This document shows, piece by piece, positions 55,367 through 64,000 of a DNA stretch of 64,000 nucleotides. Origin of the DNA: Candidatus Moraniibacteriota bacterium (GTDB taxonomy: Bacteria > Patescibacteriota > Minisyncoccia > Moranbacterales > UBA1568). The translations under genes were made by a program, and so were the position numbers. The first letter of the stretch is position 1; the number at the start of each line of letters is the position of its first letter. Where the stretch lies: contig JBBIRD010000003.1 in the NCBI GenBank assembly GCA_037441965.1, positions 6,741 to 70,740 on the forward strand, read 5' to 3'. A model generated the notes under the pieces. That model searched no databases and was not told the origin of the DNA. It saw nothing but the letters and a program-made list of their open reading frames with translations.

Positions 55367-55807
55367 ATGAAAGTGATACTTTTGCAGGATGTAGAAAAAT
55401 TAGGTAAAGCAGGGGAGGTCAAAGAAGTACGCAGTGGGTATGGATTTAATTTTCTCCTTCCTCAAGGATTGGTAGAACTTGCCACTCCATCTGCTATCAA
55501 AGAAGCTGAGAAGGCTATTGCACGAAGAAAGAAAGATATTGAAGCACTTTCACTCGCTTTGAAAAAAACAGCTGATGAGCTTATGGGGAAAAAGATAACT
55601 ATCACTTCAAAAGCAGAAAAAGGGAAGCTTTTTGGTTCGATCGGATCAGAGGAAATAGCCTTGGCGCTGAAAAAAGATGGTATTATCGTTGATGCAAAAT
55701 ACATTGTTGTTGAGAAACCGTTTAAAGAAATTGGTGCTTTTGCTGTTGAAGCTCATTTTGGACACAAAGTTACAGCATCTTTTGAAGTATTGATTAAAGC
55801 TGAGTAG
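55367..55807 (+). CDS. rplI: 50S ribosomal protein L9
   Basis: MKVILLQDVEKLGKAGEVKEV..GY..NFLLP; GKLFGSI. Confidence 0.96.
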   Translation: MKVILLQDVEKLGKAGEVKEVRSGYGFNFLLPQGLVELATPSAIKEAEKAIARRKKDIEALSLALKKTADELMGKKITITSKAEKGKLFGSIGSEEIALALKKDGIIVDAKYIVVEKPFKEIGAFAVEAHFGHKVTASFEVLIKAE

Positions 55808-55888
55808 TATTTTTGAGAAAAGCATTTTAACAAAAGTCGCTTCCTTCCCCTTCGGAATAGCGGCTTTTTCTCTATAATTTTTTTCATT

Positions 55889-57547
55889 ATGGCAAAACAG
55901 AAAAATAAAGCGAAATATATTTTTGTGGTTGGTGGTGTGATGAGCGGTGTTGGAAAAGGTATTACGACATCTTCTATCGGGAAGATTCTCAAATCACGAG
56001 GACTTACGATTACGACATTTAAGATTGATCCCTATATTAATGTTGATGCAGGAACAATGAATCCGACGGAACACGGAGAAGTTTTTGTACTCAAAGATGG
56101 GTACGAAACTGATCAAGATATGGGAAATTATGAACGCTTCCTCAATATTGAATTATCGAGAGACCATTATATGACTACTGGTATGGTCTATAAATCCGTC
56201 ATCGAGCGTGAGCGTAATTTGGAATATGAAGGAAAATGCGTTCAGGTGGTACCACATATTCCATTAGAAGTTATTTCGCGTATCAAAAAAACAACGAAGA
56301 AGGATAAAGCAGATGTTGCTATTATTGAGATTGGCGGAACTGTTGGAGAATATGAAAACATTCTTTTTCTTGAAGCTATTCGGATGATGAAAATTGAAAA
56401 TCCGAGAGATGTCATCACTGTGATGGTGAGTTTTATTCCAACACCTTCAACGATTGGTGAGATGAAAACAAAACCAACGCAACACGCTGTACGAACACTT
56501 AATAGTACGGGCGTGCAACCGGATATTATTATAGCGAGAGCAAACAAATCTCTTGATGAAAAACGAAAGGAAAAAATTGCGGTATTTTGTAGTGTAAGAA
56601 AGGAAGATGTTATCAGTGCTCCTGATGTAGAGAGTATTTATGATGTTCCGATGAATTTTGAGAAAGATCATTTGAGTGATATTTTACTTGCGAAATTAGG
56701 ACTGAAAAATAAAAAACATACAGGAGGACTTGAAGAATGGGAGAAAGTCGTAAAGCGCATTCATAACGCTAAAGAAGAAGTGCATATTGGTGTTGTAGGA
56801 AAGTATTTCAAAACAGGGGATTATGTGCTTTCTGATGCATATATCAGTGTAATAGAAGCGATCAAGCACGCTTCCTGCGTCGTAGGAAAAAAAGCAGTGC
56901 TGACTTGGATTGATAGTACTGAGTTTGAAGAGATAGGTGGTGAGAAAAAACTTACTGAATTAAAAAAATACGATGGCATTATAATTCCAGGAGGGTTTGG
57001 CACAAGAGGTATTGAAGGAAAAATTGCTGTTATAGAGTATTGTCGTGTAAACAAGATTCCTTATTTTGGTTTGTGTTATGGTATGCAACTTCTTGTCGTA
57101 GAATATGCGAGAAATGTTTTGGGATTGAAAGATGCACACACTGTGGAGGTAAACAAAGAAACGAAGTATCCGGTTGTCGATATTATGCCTGAGCAGAAAG
57201 AAAATATGCGTAAGAAGAATTATGGCGCCACGATGCGTCTCGGCCACTATCTTGCGGAAATTATCCCGAAGACTCTGGCAAGAGAAGCCTACGGAAAGGA
57301 AAGTGTTATGGAGCGTCATCGTCATCGATATGAAGTAAACCCTGCTTTTGTGACTGATTTGAAGAATGCGGGGCTTGTGTTCTCAGCAACTTCTCCTGAT
57401 GGAGTTTTGATGGAAATAGCAGAATTGCCAAAAAGTCAGCATCCTTTTTTTCTTGCAACACAATTTCATCCAGAGTTTCAATCGTCATTTCTTTTTCCAC
57501 ATCCTCTTTTTGTTGCGTTTCTAAAAGCGTGTACGAGAAAAAAATAG
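55889..57547 (+). CDS. pyrG: CTP synthase
   Basis: GGVMSGVGKG, DPYINVDAGTM, KTKPTQH, PGGFG, GLCYGMQ, ERHRHRYE, QFHPEF. Confidence 0.98.
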   Translation: MAKQKNKAKYIFVVGGVMSGVGKGITTSSIGKILKSRGLTITTFKIDPYINVDAGTMNPTEHGEVFVLKDGYETDQDMGNYERFLNIELSRDHYMTTGMVYKSVIERERNLEYEGKCVQVVPHIPLEVISRIKKTTKKDKADVAIIEIGGTVGEYENILFLEAIRMMKIENPRDVITVMVSFIPTPSTIGEMKTKPTQHAVRTLNSTGVQPDIIIARANKSLDEKRKEKIAVFCSVRKEDVISAPDVESIYDVPMNFEKDHLSDILLAKLGLKNKKHTGGLEEWEKVVKRIHNAKEEVHIGVVGKYFKTGDYVLSDAYISVIEAIKHASCVVGKKAVLTWIDSTEFEEIGGEKKLTELKKYDGIIIPGGFGTRGIEGKIAVIEYCRVNKIPYFGLCYGMQLLVVEYARNVLGLKDAHTVEVNKETKYPVVDIMPEQKENMRKKNYGATMRLGHYLAEIIPKTLAREAYGKESVMERHRHRYEVNPAFVTDLKNAGLVFSATSPDGVLMEIAELPKSQHPFFLATQFHPEFQSSFLFPHPLFVAFLKACTRKK

Positions 57548-57551
57548 ACAT

Positions 57552-57582
57552 AAAAAAACTCTCCGATTAGGAGAGTTTTTTT
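57552..57582. terminator. Bidirectional terminator between pyrG and rpmA
   Basis: aaaaaaactctcc-gatta-ggagagttttttt. Confidence 0.8.
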
Positions 57583-57599
57583 ATTGGAAGTCAGAAAGA

Positions 57600-57896
57600 T
57601 TATTTATGAGACTTCTCTTTTTGAGGAAGAATATGAACAAAAGTTCTCTGTATGAGTTTACCAGTAAAATCCTTCACTTTTTTCGTCTGAAATTGTACCA
57701 TACCGGAAACAAGAGCGAAAAGAGTATCATCTTCTCCTTGTGCTACATTCTTTCCAGCGTGAAATTTGGTTCCTCGTTGACGAATGATGATGTTGCTTAT
57801 CTCTGCGAGCTGTCCACCGTAGATCTTCACGCCAAGACGCTTGGAAATCGAGTCACGACCAAGGGCGGTGGTACCTCCTGCTTTTTTATGTGCCAT
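57600..57896 (-). CDS. rpmA: 50S ribosomal protein L27
   Basis: [34 protein letters not shown]. Confidence 0.97.
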   Translation of the reverse strand: MAHKKAGGTTALGRDSISKRLGVKIYGGQLAEISNIIIRQRGTKFHAGKNVAQGEDDTLFALVSGMVQFQTKKVKDFTGKLIQRTFVHILPQKEKSHK

Positions 57897-58013
57897 AAAG
57901 GAAAAACTTACAAATTATGTTATAGTCTGATATACTGAATGAGTATACCAATATTTATCTCTTTTGTCAATCGGCATCTCATAACAGATGTTATAATGAT
58001 ACTGTTTTGTACT

Positions 58014-58421
58014 ATGCGTATGGGTATATATTCTTTTTTGTCAGAAGGGAAACAATTTTTCCAAACGCATCAGAAGAGCCTATTTCTTTTTTTTGGTCTT
58101 CTTTTAGTAGCAGGGACCGCTTTTGAGAGTGGTGCACTTTGGGAGAAAATGCATTCTTCTTCGCCGATTATCATTTCTCTGCCTGAATATACAGATAATG
58201 AAAGGGTATCTGTGAAAGAAAATGCACAAACAAAGGAAGACAATACGACGAAGGCTGTGCCTGAAACAAAAAAATGTGTGTTTATTGGAAGTCGTTATTC
58301 GAATAAATATCATCTGACAACCTGTTCAACCGCAAAGCGTATTAAAGAAGAAAATAAAGTTTGTTTTTCATCAAAAGAGGATGCAGAAAAAAAAGGGTAT
58401 ATACCTGGATGTATCAAATAG
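58014..58421 (+). CDS. Membrane-anchored protein with C-terminal Ada-type metal-binding domain (start uncertain)
   Basis: TM segment; FIGS..SNKYH...C....RI...N...F.S...A...GY.P.C. Confidence 0.75.
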   Translation: MRMGIYSFLSEGKQFFQTHQKSLFLFFGLLLVAGTAFESGALWEKMHSSSPIIISLPEYTDNERVSVKENAQTKEDNTTKAVPETKKCVFIGSRYSNKYHLTTCSTAKRIKEENKVCFSSKEDAEKKGYIPGCIK

Positions 58422-58456
58422 AAGATGATAGAATAAAAAAAACAACACATATATTT

Positions 58457-59656
58457 ATGCACAAAGAATATTTGAATAAGAAGAAAGTTCGTTTGATTAG
58501 TCTTGTTTCTTTTTTGATCAGTTTTTTTGATGCTTTTTGGATCTATACGCTTTCAACATATTTTTCGGAATTTGTTCAATCTGACAATGTGGGTATTTTT
58601 TATTTCCTTGCTTTTGTAGGGGTACTGCTTTCTCTTTTTTCTCTTCAATCTATTATTAGGAAAATTGGGCGAGCTCGAATGTTATATTTTTCTTTGGGAC
58701 TTGGCATTCTTTTTTCATCATTATTGACACATTTTCCTCCGTCATGGTTTACGATTTTGCTCGCATTATTGTTTATTATCATCAATAATATCATCTGGGT
58801 ATCTTTGGATATTCTTCTTGAAGGATTTTCTTCTGATGGTATGGCAGGGAGAATCAGAGGACTTCATCTTACTATTGTGAATGCGGGATTTTTGATTGCG
58901 CCGTTTCTTGCGACATACGTACTTCATTCTTATCAGTTTGAGGGAATATTTTTTGTTCTTTCGGTGGGTTATATGATAGCATTTCTCATTTCATTGTTAG
59001 GATTTCGTAATGACAATAATTTATCAAATGAAGGATTGAAACTTTTTCAAACAATAAAAAAGATGTTCAAAGAAGCGAATTTGTTTCGTATTTATTTTGT
59101 TTCTTTTGCAATGGAGTTTTTCTATGCGATGATGATTATTTATACCCCTATACATCTCCTCAATCTTGGATTTTCATGGAATGATATAGGCATCATATTG
59201 ACTATTATGCTTATTCCTTTTGTGCTTTTACAATATCCTCTTGGATTATTGGCTGACAAAAGACTCGGAGAAAAAGAATTGCTCCTCGTGAGTATTATGA
59301 TTGTTATCGTCTCAACAGGATACCTACCATTCATTCATACGCATAGTATTCTCGTTTGGGGTATAGCACTTTTTGTTACTCGTATTGGTATTGCTGGCAT
59401 TGAAGTGTTGCGTGATGCGTATTTTTATAAACAAATTGACGGAGATGATACTGATGTTATTGCTTTTTTTCGTACATCTAGACCAGTTGCAAATATTATC
59501 GGAACTGGAATAGCAACATTCCTTCTTATTTTCTTTCCACTTCAAAGTGTTTTCTTCGCTATTGTTGTGGTGATGATTATCGCTCTCATTTTCGTTATTT
59601 TTCTTGATGATACAAAGGGTGAAGATGAAAAAAATCCTTATGTTAGAGCGATATAG
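58457..59656 (+). CDS. MFS transporter
   Basis: About 12 TM; GRIRG and PLGLLADKRLGEK motif-A-like segments. Confidence 0.85.
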   Translation: MHKEYLNKKKVRLISLVSFLISFFDAFWIYTLSTYFSEFVQSDNVGIFYFLAFVGVLLSLFSLQSIIRKIGRARMLYFSLGLGILFSSLLTHFPPSWFTILLALLFIIINNIIWVSLDILLEGFSSDGMAGRIRGLHLTIVNAGFLIAPFLATYVLHSYQFEGIFFVLSVGYMIAFLISLLGFRNDNNLSNEGLKLFQTIKKMFKEANLFRIYFVSFAMEFFYAMMIIYTPIHLLNLGFSWNDIGIILTIMLIPFVLLQYPLGLLADKRLGEKELLLVSIMIVIVSTGYLPFIHTHSILVWGIALFVTRIGIAGIEVLRDAYFYKQIDGDDTDVIAFFRTSRPVANIIGTGIATFLLIFFPLQSVFFAIVVVMIIALIFVIFLDDTKGEDEKNPYVRAI

Positions 59657-59726
59657 TTTTTCTTGAAAATGAAAGAAAAAACTGTTAGAATAGGAGAAGA
59701 AAGATAGTTTATACCTTTTGTTTTTT

Positions 59727-60434
59727 ATGGCTTATCAAATACATCTTGAACAGTTTGACGGTCCGCTTGATCTTTTGTTATCTCTTATCGAAAAAGAGAA
59801 AATGGATATCACGAGTATTAGTCTGGCAAAAGTGACCGATCAATATATTGGATATTTAAATAGCGAGGAAGTTGTTTCTCTTTCACATCTTTCCTCATTT
59901 CTTTCTATTGCTTCAAGATTGCTTCTTATAAAGTCGAGAGCACTTCTTCCTGTGCTTGAGTTTAGTGATGAAGAAGAAGAGTCGATGGACGATCTTGAAA
60001 TGCGTCTCAAAGAATACAAAAAATTTCGTGAGGTAGCGATGAAACTCAATCTTCTTTTCGGTGCAAAAAAAATGCTCTATTCAAGAGAAAGTTTTTCTGG
60101 TTTGCAAGTTGTATTTTACCCTCCGAAAGATATCACTGCAGAAGATTTACATCAACATTTCTCTCATATTTTAGGTGAGATACCATTGCTTGAAACATTA
60201 CCAGAGAAAGAACTTCAAACTGTTATTACTCTTGAAGAGAAAATTCTTGAACTCCAAAGAACATTAAGTGATCGTGTAGAATCTTCTTTCTCTCAAATGA
60301 TTCGTGAAGGAGCAGATCGTACCGATATTATTGTATCGTTTCTTGCTATTTTGGAGATGGTCAAACAACGATTTATTTTTGTAAAACAAGAGAAATTTTT
60401 TAGTGACATTCATATCAATCGCCTTATATCATAA
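59727..60434 (+). CDS. scpA: Segregation and condensation protein A
   Basis: FDGPLDLLL.LI, TDQY, KSRALLP, FLAILEM.K. Confidence 0.94.
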   Translation: MAYQIHLEQFDGPLDLLLSLIEKEKMDITSISLAKVTDQYIGYLNSEEVVSLSHLSSFLSIASRLLLIKSRALLPVLEFSDEEEESMDDLEMRLKEYKKFREVAMKLNLLFGAKKMLYSRESFSGLQVVFYPPKDITAEDLHQHFSHILGEIPLLETLPEKELQTVITLEEKILELQRTLSDRVESSFSQMIREGADRTDIIVSFLAILEMVKQRFIFVKQEKFFSDIHINRLIS

Positions 60435-60439
60435 TTTTT

Positions 60440-61045
60440 ATGCCAACACATCAATCATTATTCTCTGTTTTAGAATCATTACTCTTTATTAGTGGTGAAT
60501 CTTTATCTTTCGTTCGTCTATCGAAGATAATTGGACACAGTGAAGAGGAAATTGAATTAGCACTGAACGAGCTTTCAGAAAAATATTTACAAGATGAGAC
60601 TTCTGGATTGAAGATTGTTTTGCACAATCGCCAAGCGCTTCTCACGACGAAAGCAGAAAATATGGAGAAGGTGGAATTCTTAACAAAGAGTTCTATGCAA
60701 GAAAGTTTGAGCAAGGCAGGGCTGGAAGTACTTTCTATTATTGCGTATCGCGCTCCTATATCTAAATCAGCTATCGAAGCTATTCGTGGCGTGAATTGCA
60801 ATTTTACACTGCGTAATTTGCTTCTTAGAGATCTTATCGAGAGACAGGAAAATCCTACTGATGCGCGTGAATATGTTTATTCTCCAACATTCCGTTTCCT
60901 TCAATCATTAGGATTAGAAAACATACAGAGTCTTCCAGATTATGCTGTTTTATCAGTAGACGAACGATTGAAAATGTTTGATGAATCGTCAAAAACAGTG
61001 TCGGAAAATGAGGAGAGAGAAAATAAGAAAGAAATAAAAGAGTAA
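60440..61045 (+). CDS. scpB: Segregation and condensation protein B
   Basis: LESLLF.SGE, LSKAGLEVLSIIAYR.P, IEAIRGVN. Confidence 0.94.
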   Translation: MPTHQSLFSVLESLLFISGESLSFVRLSKIIGHSEEEIELALNELSEKYLQDETSGLKIVLHNRQALLTTKAENMEKVEFLTKSSMQESLSKAGLEVLSIIAYRAPISKSAIEAIRGVNCNFTLRNLLLRDLIERQENPTDAREYVYSPTFRFLQSLGLENIQSLPDYAVLSVDERLKMFDESSKTVSENEERENKKEIKE

Positions 61046-61052
61046 ATTTTTT

Positions 61053-62078
61053 ATGCATAAGTTGTTTGTTTTCATCACTGCTGTTGGTATTGTTTCATAC
61101 CTTCTTTTTTCTGATGGAAGTTATTTTTCTGCTCACGGAGAAAATATATTAAACATTTTTACTTCGGATAATAGTCGTTTCAAAACAAAAAATCCAATTG
61201 ATAGTATCAATCCGTACCCTTTTATTTATGAGGATAGAAGTTTGACGAGTGGTTTTATTCCAGAAAAGAAATTATATGCTCCAAATTTGAATATCGTTTC
61301 TGCGCACGCTTCTATCATTATGGATGTTGATTCTGGTCAAGTATTGTATGAGAAAAATGCGAATATGGAAAGGCAAATTGCGTCTTTGACAAAATTATTT
61401 ACAGCCACTTTGGTTATGGAACGAGTAAAAGATCTTAATGAACTTGTGACTATTGATGAAGAGTCAGTATATTCTGAAGGAACTCGTATTGGTTGCCCAC
61501 GCTCTGGATTTTGTCCAGGGGAGCGTCTGCATATTGGCGAGAAGATATCCGTTTACAATCTTTTGAAAGCAGCATTGATGAATAGCGCGAATGATTCGGC
61601 GGTAGCTCTTGGGAAATATATCGGTGGAACGCAGGCTGGCTTTGCCAATATAATGAATGCTCGTGCGAAAGAACTTGGTTTGGAGCATTCACATTTTTGC
61701 ACGCCATCGGGACTTGAGCCAGATGGATATGAAACAGAATGTTATTCGTCAGCGATTGATGTCGCAAAAATTACCGCACATTCATTGAAGTTTCCAGAAA
61801 TGTGGCAAATTATGCGCGAAGAAAAACAATTTATTTCTTCCTCTGATGAAAAATACACACATGAAATTTTCAATACAGATCAGTTGCTTGGACAGATTCC
61901 AAATCTCCTTGGGACAAAAACAGGATTCACTCCTTTGGCAGGATATTCACTCCTTGCGGTAGCTTCTGATGAGAGTCAGAAACATAAAGTAATTGCAGTG
62001 CTTCTCGATGATCCATATCGTTGGCAAAGTATTCAATCGATGTTTGATTGGAGTTTCTCAGCTATTCGTTGGAGATAA
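61053..62078 (+). CDS. D-alanyl-D-alanine carboxypeptidase (peptidase S11)
   Basis: ASLTK (SxxK), SAN, KTG motifs. Confidence 0.92.
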   Translation: MHKLFVFITAVGIVSYLLFSDGSYFSAHGENILNIFTSDNSRFKTKNPIDSINPYPFIYEDRSLTSGFIPEKKLYAPNLNIVSAHASIIMDVDSGQVLYEKNANMERQIASLTKLFTATLVMERVKDLNELVTIDEESVYSEGTRIGCPRSGFCPGERLHIGEKISVYNLLKAALMNSANDSAVALGKYIGGTQAGFANIMNARAKELGLEHSHFCTPSGLEPDGYETECYSSAIDVAKITAHSLKFPEMWQIMREEKQFISSSDEKYTHEIFNTDQLLGQIPNLLGTKTGFTPLAGYSLLAVASDESQKHKVIAVLLDDPYRWQSIQSMFDWSFSAIRWR

Positions 62079-62098
62079 TTTATATGTAATATTTTATT

Positions 62099-63214
62099 AT
62101 GGATATACAAATTGCACAGGTACAAGATATTCCGATGATTATCAATGCATTGAAAGTGCTCACAACAGGACTGCTTGCTTTTCTTCTTGCTTTTTTTCTC
62201 ACACCTTTATGGACACATATTCTTTATGTCTATAAGATTGGTATCAAAATAAAGAAGAATGCTGTTGATGGAGAGAAACTGACTTTTGTAAGTAAGATGC
62301 ATGCGAAGAAACAAGGCACTCCAACGATGGGAGGGGTACTTGTCTGGTTTTCTGTTTTTCTTTTAGCATTCTTTTCTCATTTTATTTTTCCTTTTATTGC
62401 AGTGATCTTCGGTATGGATTTTATTGCTCGTCTTGATTTTTTGAGTCGTCCACAGGTATGGCTTCCTTTATTTGTCTTGGTAACTTCTGGGATATTAGGC
62501 CTTTTTGATGATTATATGAGTGTGCGCGGACGAGGAACAAATAAGGGTGGAGGAATGCGCTTCCTCTTTCGTTTTTGGTGGCTTTTTGCTATTGCTGGAA
62601 CGGGTGCGTGGTGGTTTTATTCAAAACTTGGTTGGGATCAAATTCATATTCCTGCTGTAGGTGATTTTTCTATCGGACTCTGGTATATCCCTTTATTTAT
62701 TTTTATTATTCTTTTTTCAGCAATTTCTTCGAATGAAACTGATGGGCTTGATGGTTTGAATGGAGGCGTGCTTTTGATTGCTTTTAGTTCTTTTGCATTG
62801 ATTGCATTTTTGCAAAACAAATTGGATTTGGCTTCGTTCTGTGCAGCACTTGCTGGATCTCTTCTGGCTTTTCTATGGTTTAATATTTATCCAGCTCGTT
62901 TTTTTATGGGAGATACAGGAGCTGTGGCACTTGGTACAACGCTTGGTGTTGTGGCGATGCTTACCAATTCTTCTCTTGTACTTTTCCTCATTGTTTTCTT
63001 ATATGTGCTAGAATCAGGCAGTGTCGTTATTCAACTTCTCAGTAAAAAATATCGTGGGAAGAAAGTGTTTTTATCTGCACCGCTTCATCATCATTTCGAA
63101 GCAATCGGTTGGGAGGAACCAAAGATTGTGATGCGGGCATGGATTTTTTCAGCTGTCTTTGCACTTATTGGACTTATTATTGGTATAGTGGGAATGGGAA
63201 AAATACATTTATAA
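62099..63214 (+). CDS. mraY: Phospho-N-acetylmuramoyl-pentapeptide transferase
   Basis: K.GTPTMGG, GLFDD, NETDGLDGL, FMGDTG, APLHHHFE. Confidence 0.96.
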   Translation: MDIQIAQVQDIPMIINALKVLTTGLLAFLLAFFLTPLWTHILYVYKIGIKIKKNAVDGEKLTFVSKMHAKKQGTPTMGGVLVWFSVFLLAFFSHFIFPFIAVIFGMDFIARLDFLSRPQVWLPLFVLVTSGILGLFDDYMSVRGRGTNKGGGMRFLFRFWWLFAIAGTGAWWFYSKLGWDQIHIPAVGDFSIGLWYIPLFIFIILFSAISSNETDGLDGLNGGVLLIAFSSFALIAFLQNKLDLASFCAALAGSLLAFLWFNIYPARFFMGDTGAVALGTTLGVVAMLTNSSLVLFLIVFLYVLESGSVVIQLLSKKYRGKKVFLSAPLHHHFEAIGWEEPKIVMRAWIFSAVFALIGLIIGIVGMGKIHL

Positions 63215-63232
63215 TTTTTTGAGAGAAAATAT

Positions 63233-64000
63233 ATGTCACTAAAAAGTATTAGAGAAGCAAATTTTGAAAATGCATCGGTGCTTGTAAGAGTAGATTTCAA
63301 TGTTGAATTTAACAATATCGGAGAAGTACAGGAACATTTTCGTTTTGATATTGTCAAAAAGACCATTGATCTCATAGCAAGTTTTCCTGGTGTGAAAATA
63401 GCATTGATGACACATCTCGGTCGTCCAGATGGAAAAGATGAAGCGTATTCTGTTCAGAAACTTATTTCTTCAGTGAAACAGGCTTTAGGACGAGATATTG
63501 TTTTTGTTCCTGATTGTATTGGCGAATCTGTTGCTATGGCACTTGCAAATATGCAGGAAAATCAGATTCTTCTTCTCGAAAATGTACGATTTTATGCTGA
63601 AGAAGAATCGAATGATATAGAGTTTGCTCAAAAACTTGCTCATCCATTTGATTGTTTTGTGAATGAAGCGTTCAGTGCATGTCATCGTGCTCATGCTTCG
63701 GTTGTTGGTGTTACAGAGTTTATTCCGGCGTATGCAGGACTGAGGTTACTTGAAGAAATAACGACACTTGATCGTATTATGACGGTTCCTGAACATCCGG
63801 CTATTGCAGTGATCGGTGGTGCAAAAATTGAGACAAAATTGCCACTTATTCAGGCATTTGAAAAGAATTTTGATGCTGTTTTGGTTGGAGGGAAGATAGC
63901 CAATGAAGCTATTGATCAAAAAATTTCTTTTTCAGAGAAGGTGTTATTGCCAAAAGATTTTGAGTCTTCAATGCGATTGGATATTGGACCAACAACTATT
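63233..64000 (+). CDS. pgk: Phosphoglycerate kinase (3' truncated by window edge)
   Basis: VLVRVDFNV, THLGRP, LLENVRF, NEAFSACHRAHAS, IGGAK. Confidence 0.93.
   Translation, partial: MSLKSIREANFENASVLVRVDFNVEFNNIGEVQEHFRFDIVKKTIDLIASFPGVKIALMTHLGRPDGKDEAYSVQKLISSVKQALGRDIVFVPDCIGESVAMALANMQENQILLLENVRFYAEEESNDIEFAQKLAHPFDCFVNEAFSACHRAHASVVGVTEFIPAYAGLRLLEEITTLDRIMTVPEHPAIAVIGGAKIETKLPLIQAFEKNFDAVLVGGKIANEAIDQKISFSEKVLLPKDFESSMRLDIGPTTI

Noticed and set aside
410-63694. Numerous 60-200 aa antisense or out-of-frame ORFs in the track (e.g. 8300-8998, 19982-20587, 34974-35582, 57606-57938)
   Set aside because: They are shadows of well-supported genes and have no recognisable motifs
1-64000. CRISPR array, rRNA, transposase/integrase, DGR or prophage
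   Set aside because: No regularly spaced direct repeats, rRNA-like tract, or recombinase/RT/phage structural ORFs recognised by eye
1-64000. Alternative genetic code (TGA=Gly as in Gracilibacteria/Absconditabacteria)
   Set aside because: Long conserved genes are intact under code 11, and TGA terminates genes at expected ends (e.g. ispH, the kinase)

Overview
AT-rich bacterial chromosomal segment using the standard genetic code. The gene content suggests Patescibacteria/CPR, Parcubacteria-like (inference): core genes mostly lack Shine-Dalgarno motifs, PyrH is archaeal-type, AspS and ProS are short, and there is a sigma4-wHTH protein plus an orphan VirD4-like ATPase pair. Most of the window is housekeeping: ftsW-murG-murC-murB, hpf, secA, queA, dnaX, ftsB, surA, htrA, proS, pyrH, ispH, lepA, trxA, mltG, GT4 glycosyltransferases, aspS, rplI, pyrG, rpmA, scpAB, dac, mraY and pgk, plus tRNA-Ala(CGC) and tRNA-Gln(TTG). 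The main observations worth follow-up are: (1) an unannotated ~135-nt structured RNA candidate with its own promoter and terminator between secA and tRNA-Ala; (2) a 43.8-55.2 kb accessory signalling neighbourhood with homospermidine synthase, two tandem SET-domain proteins abutting a 7TM histidine kinase, a nucleoside phosphorylase preceded by a hidden 47-aa Cys-rich peptide and a structured leader, a double-receiver regulator, an ABC exporter and an orphan LuxI-like synthase; (3) an identical 18-nt promoter core shared by two of those accessory genes; (4) an AT-hook/AbrB-like protein divergent from a sigma4-wHTH protein; (5) a catalytically dead HtrA paralogue. No CRISPR array, rRNA, transposase or integrase was seen. 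All family calls are from motif recognition by eye, not database searches.
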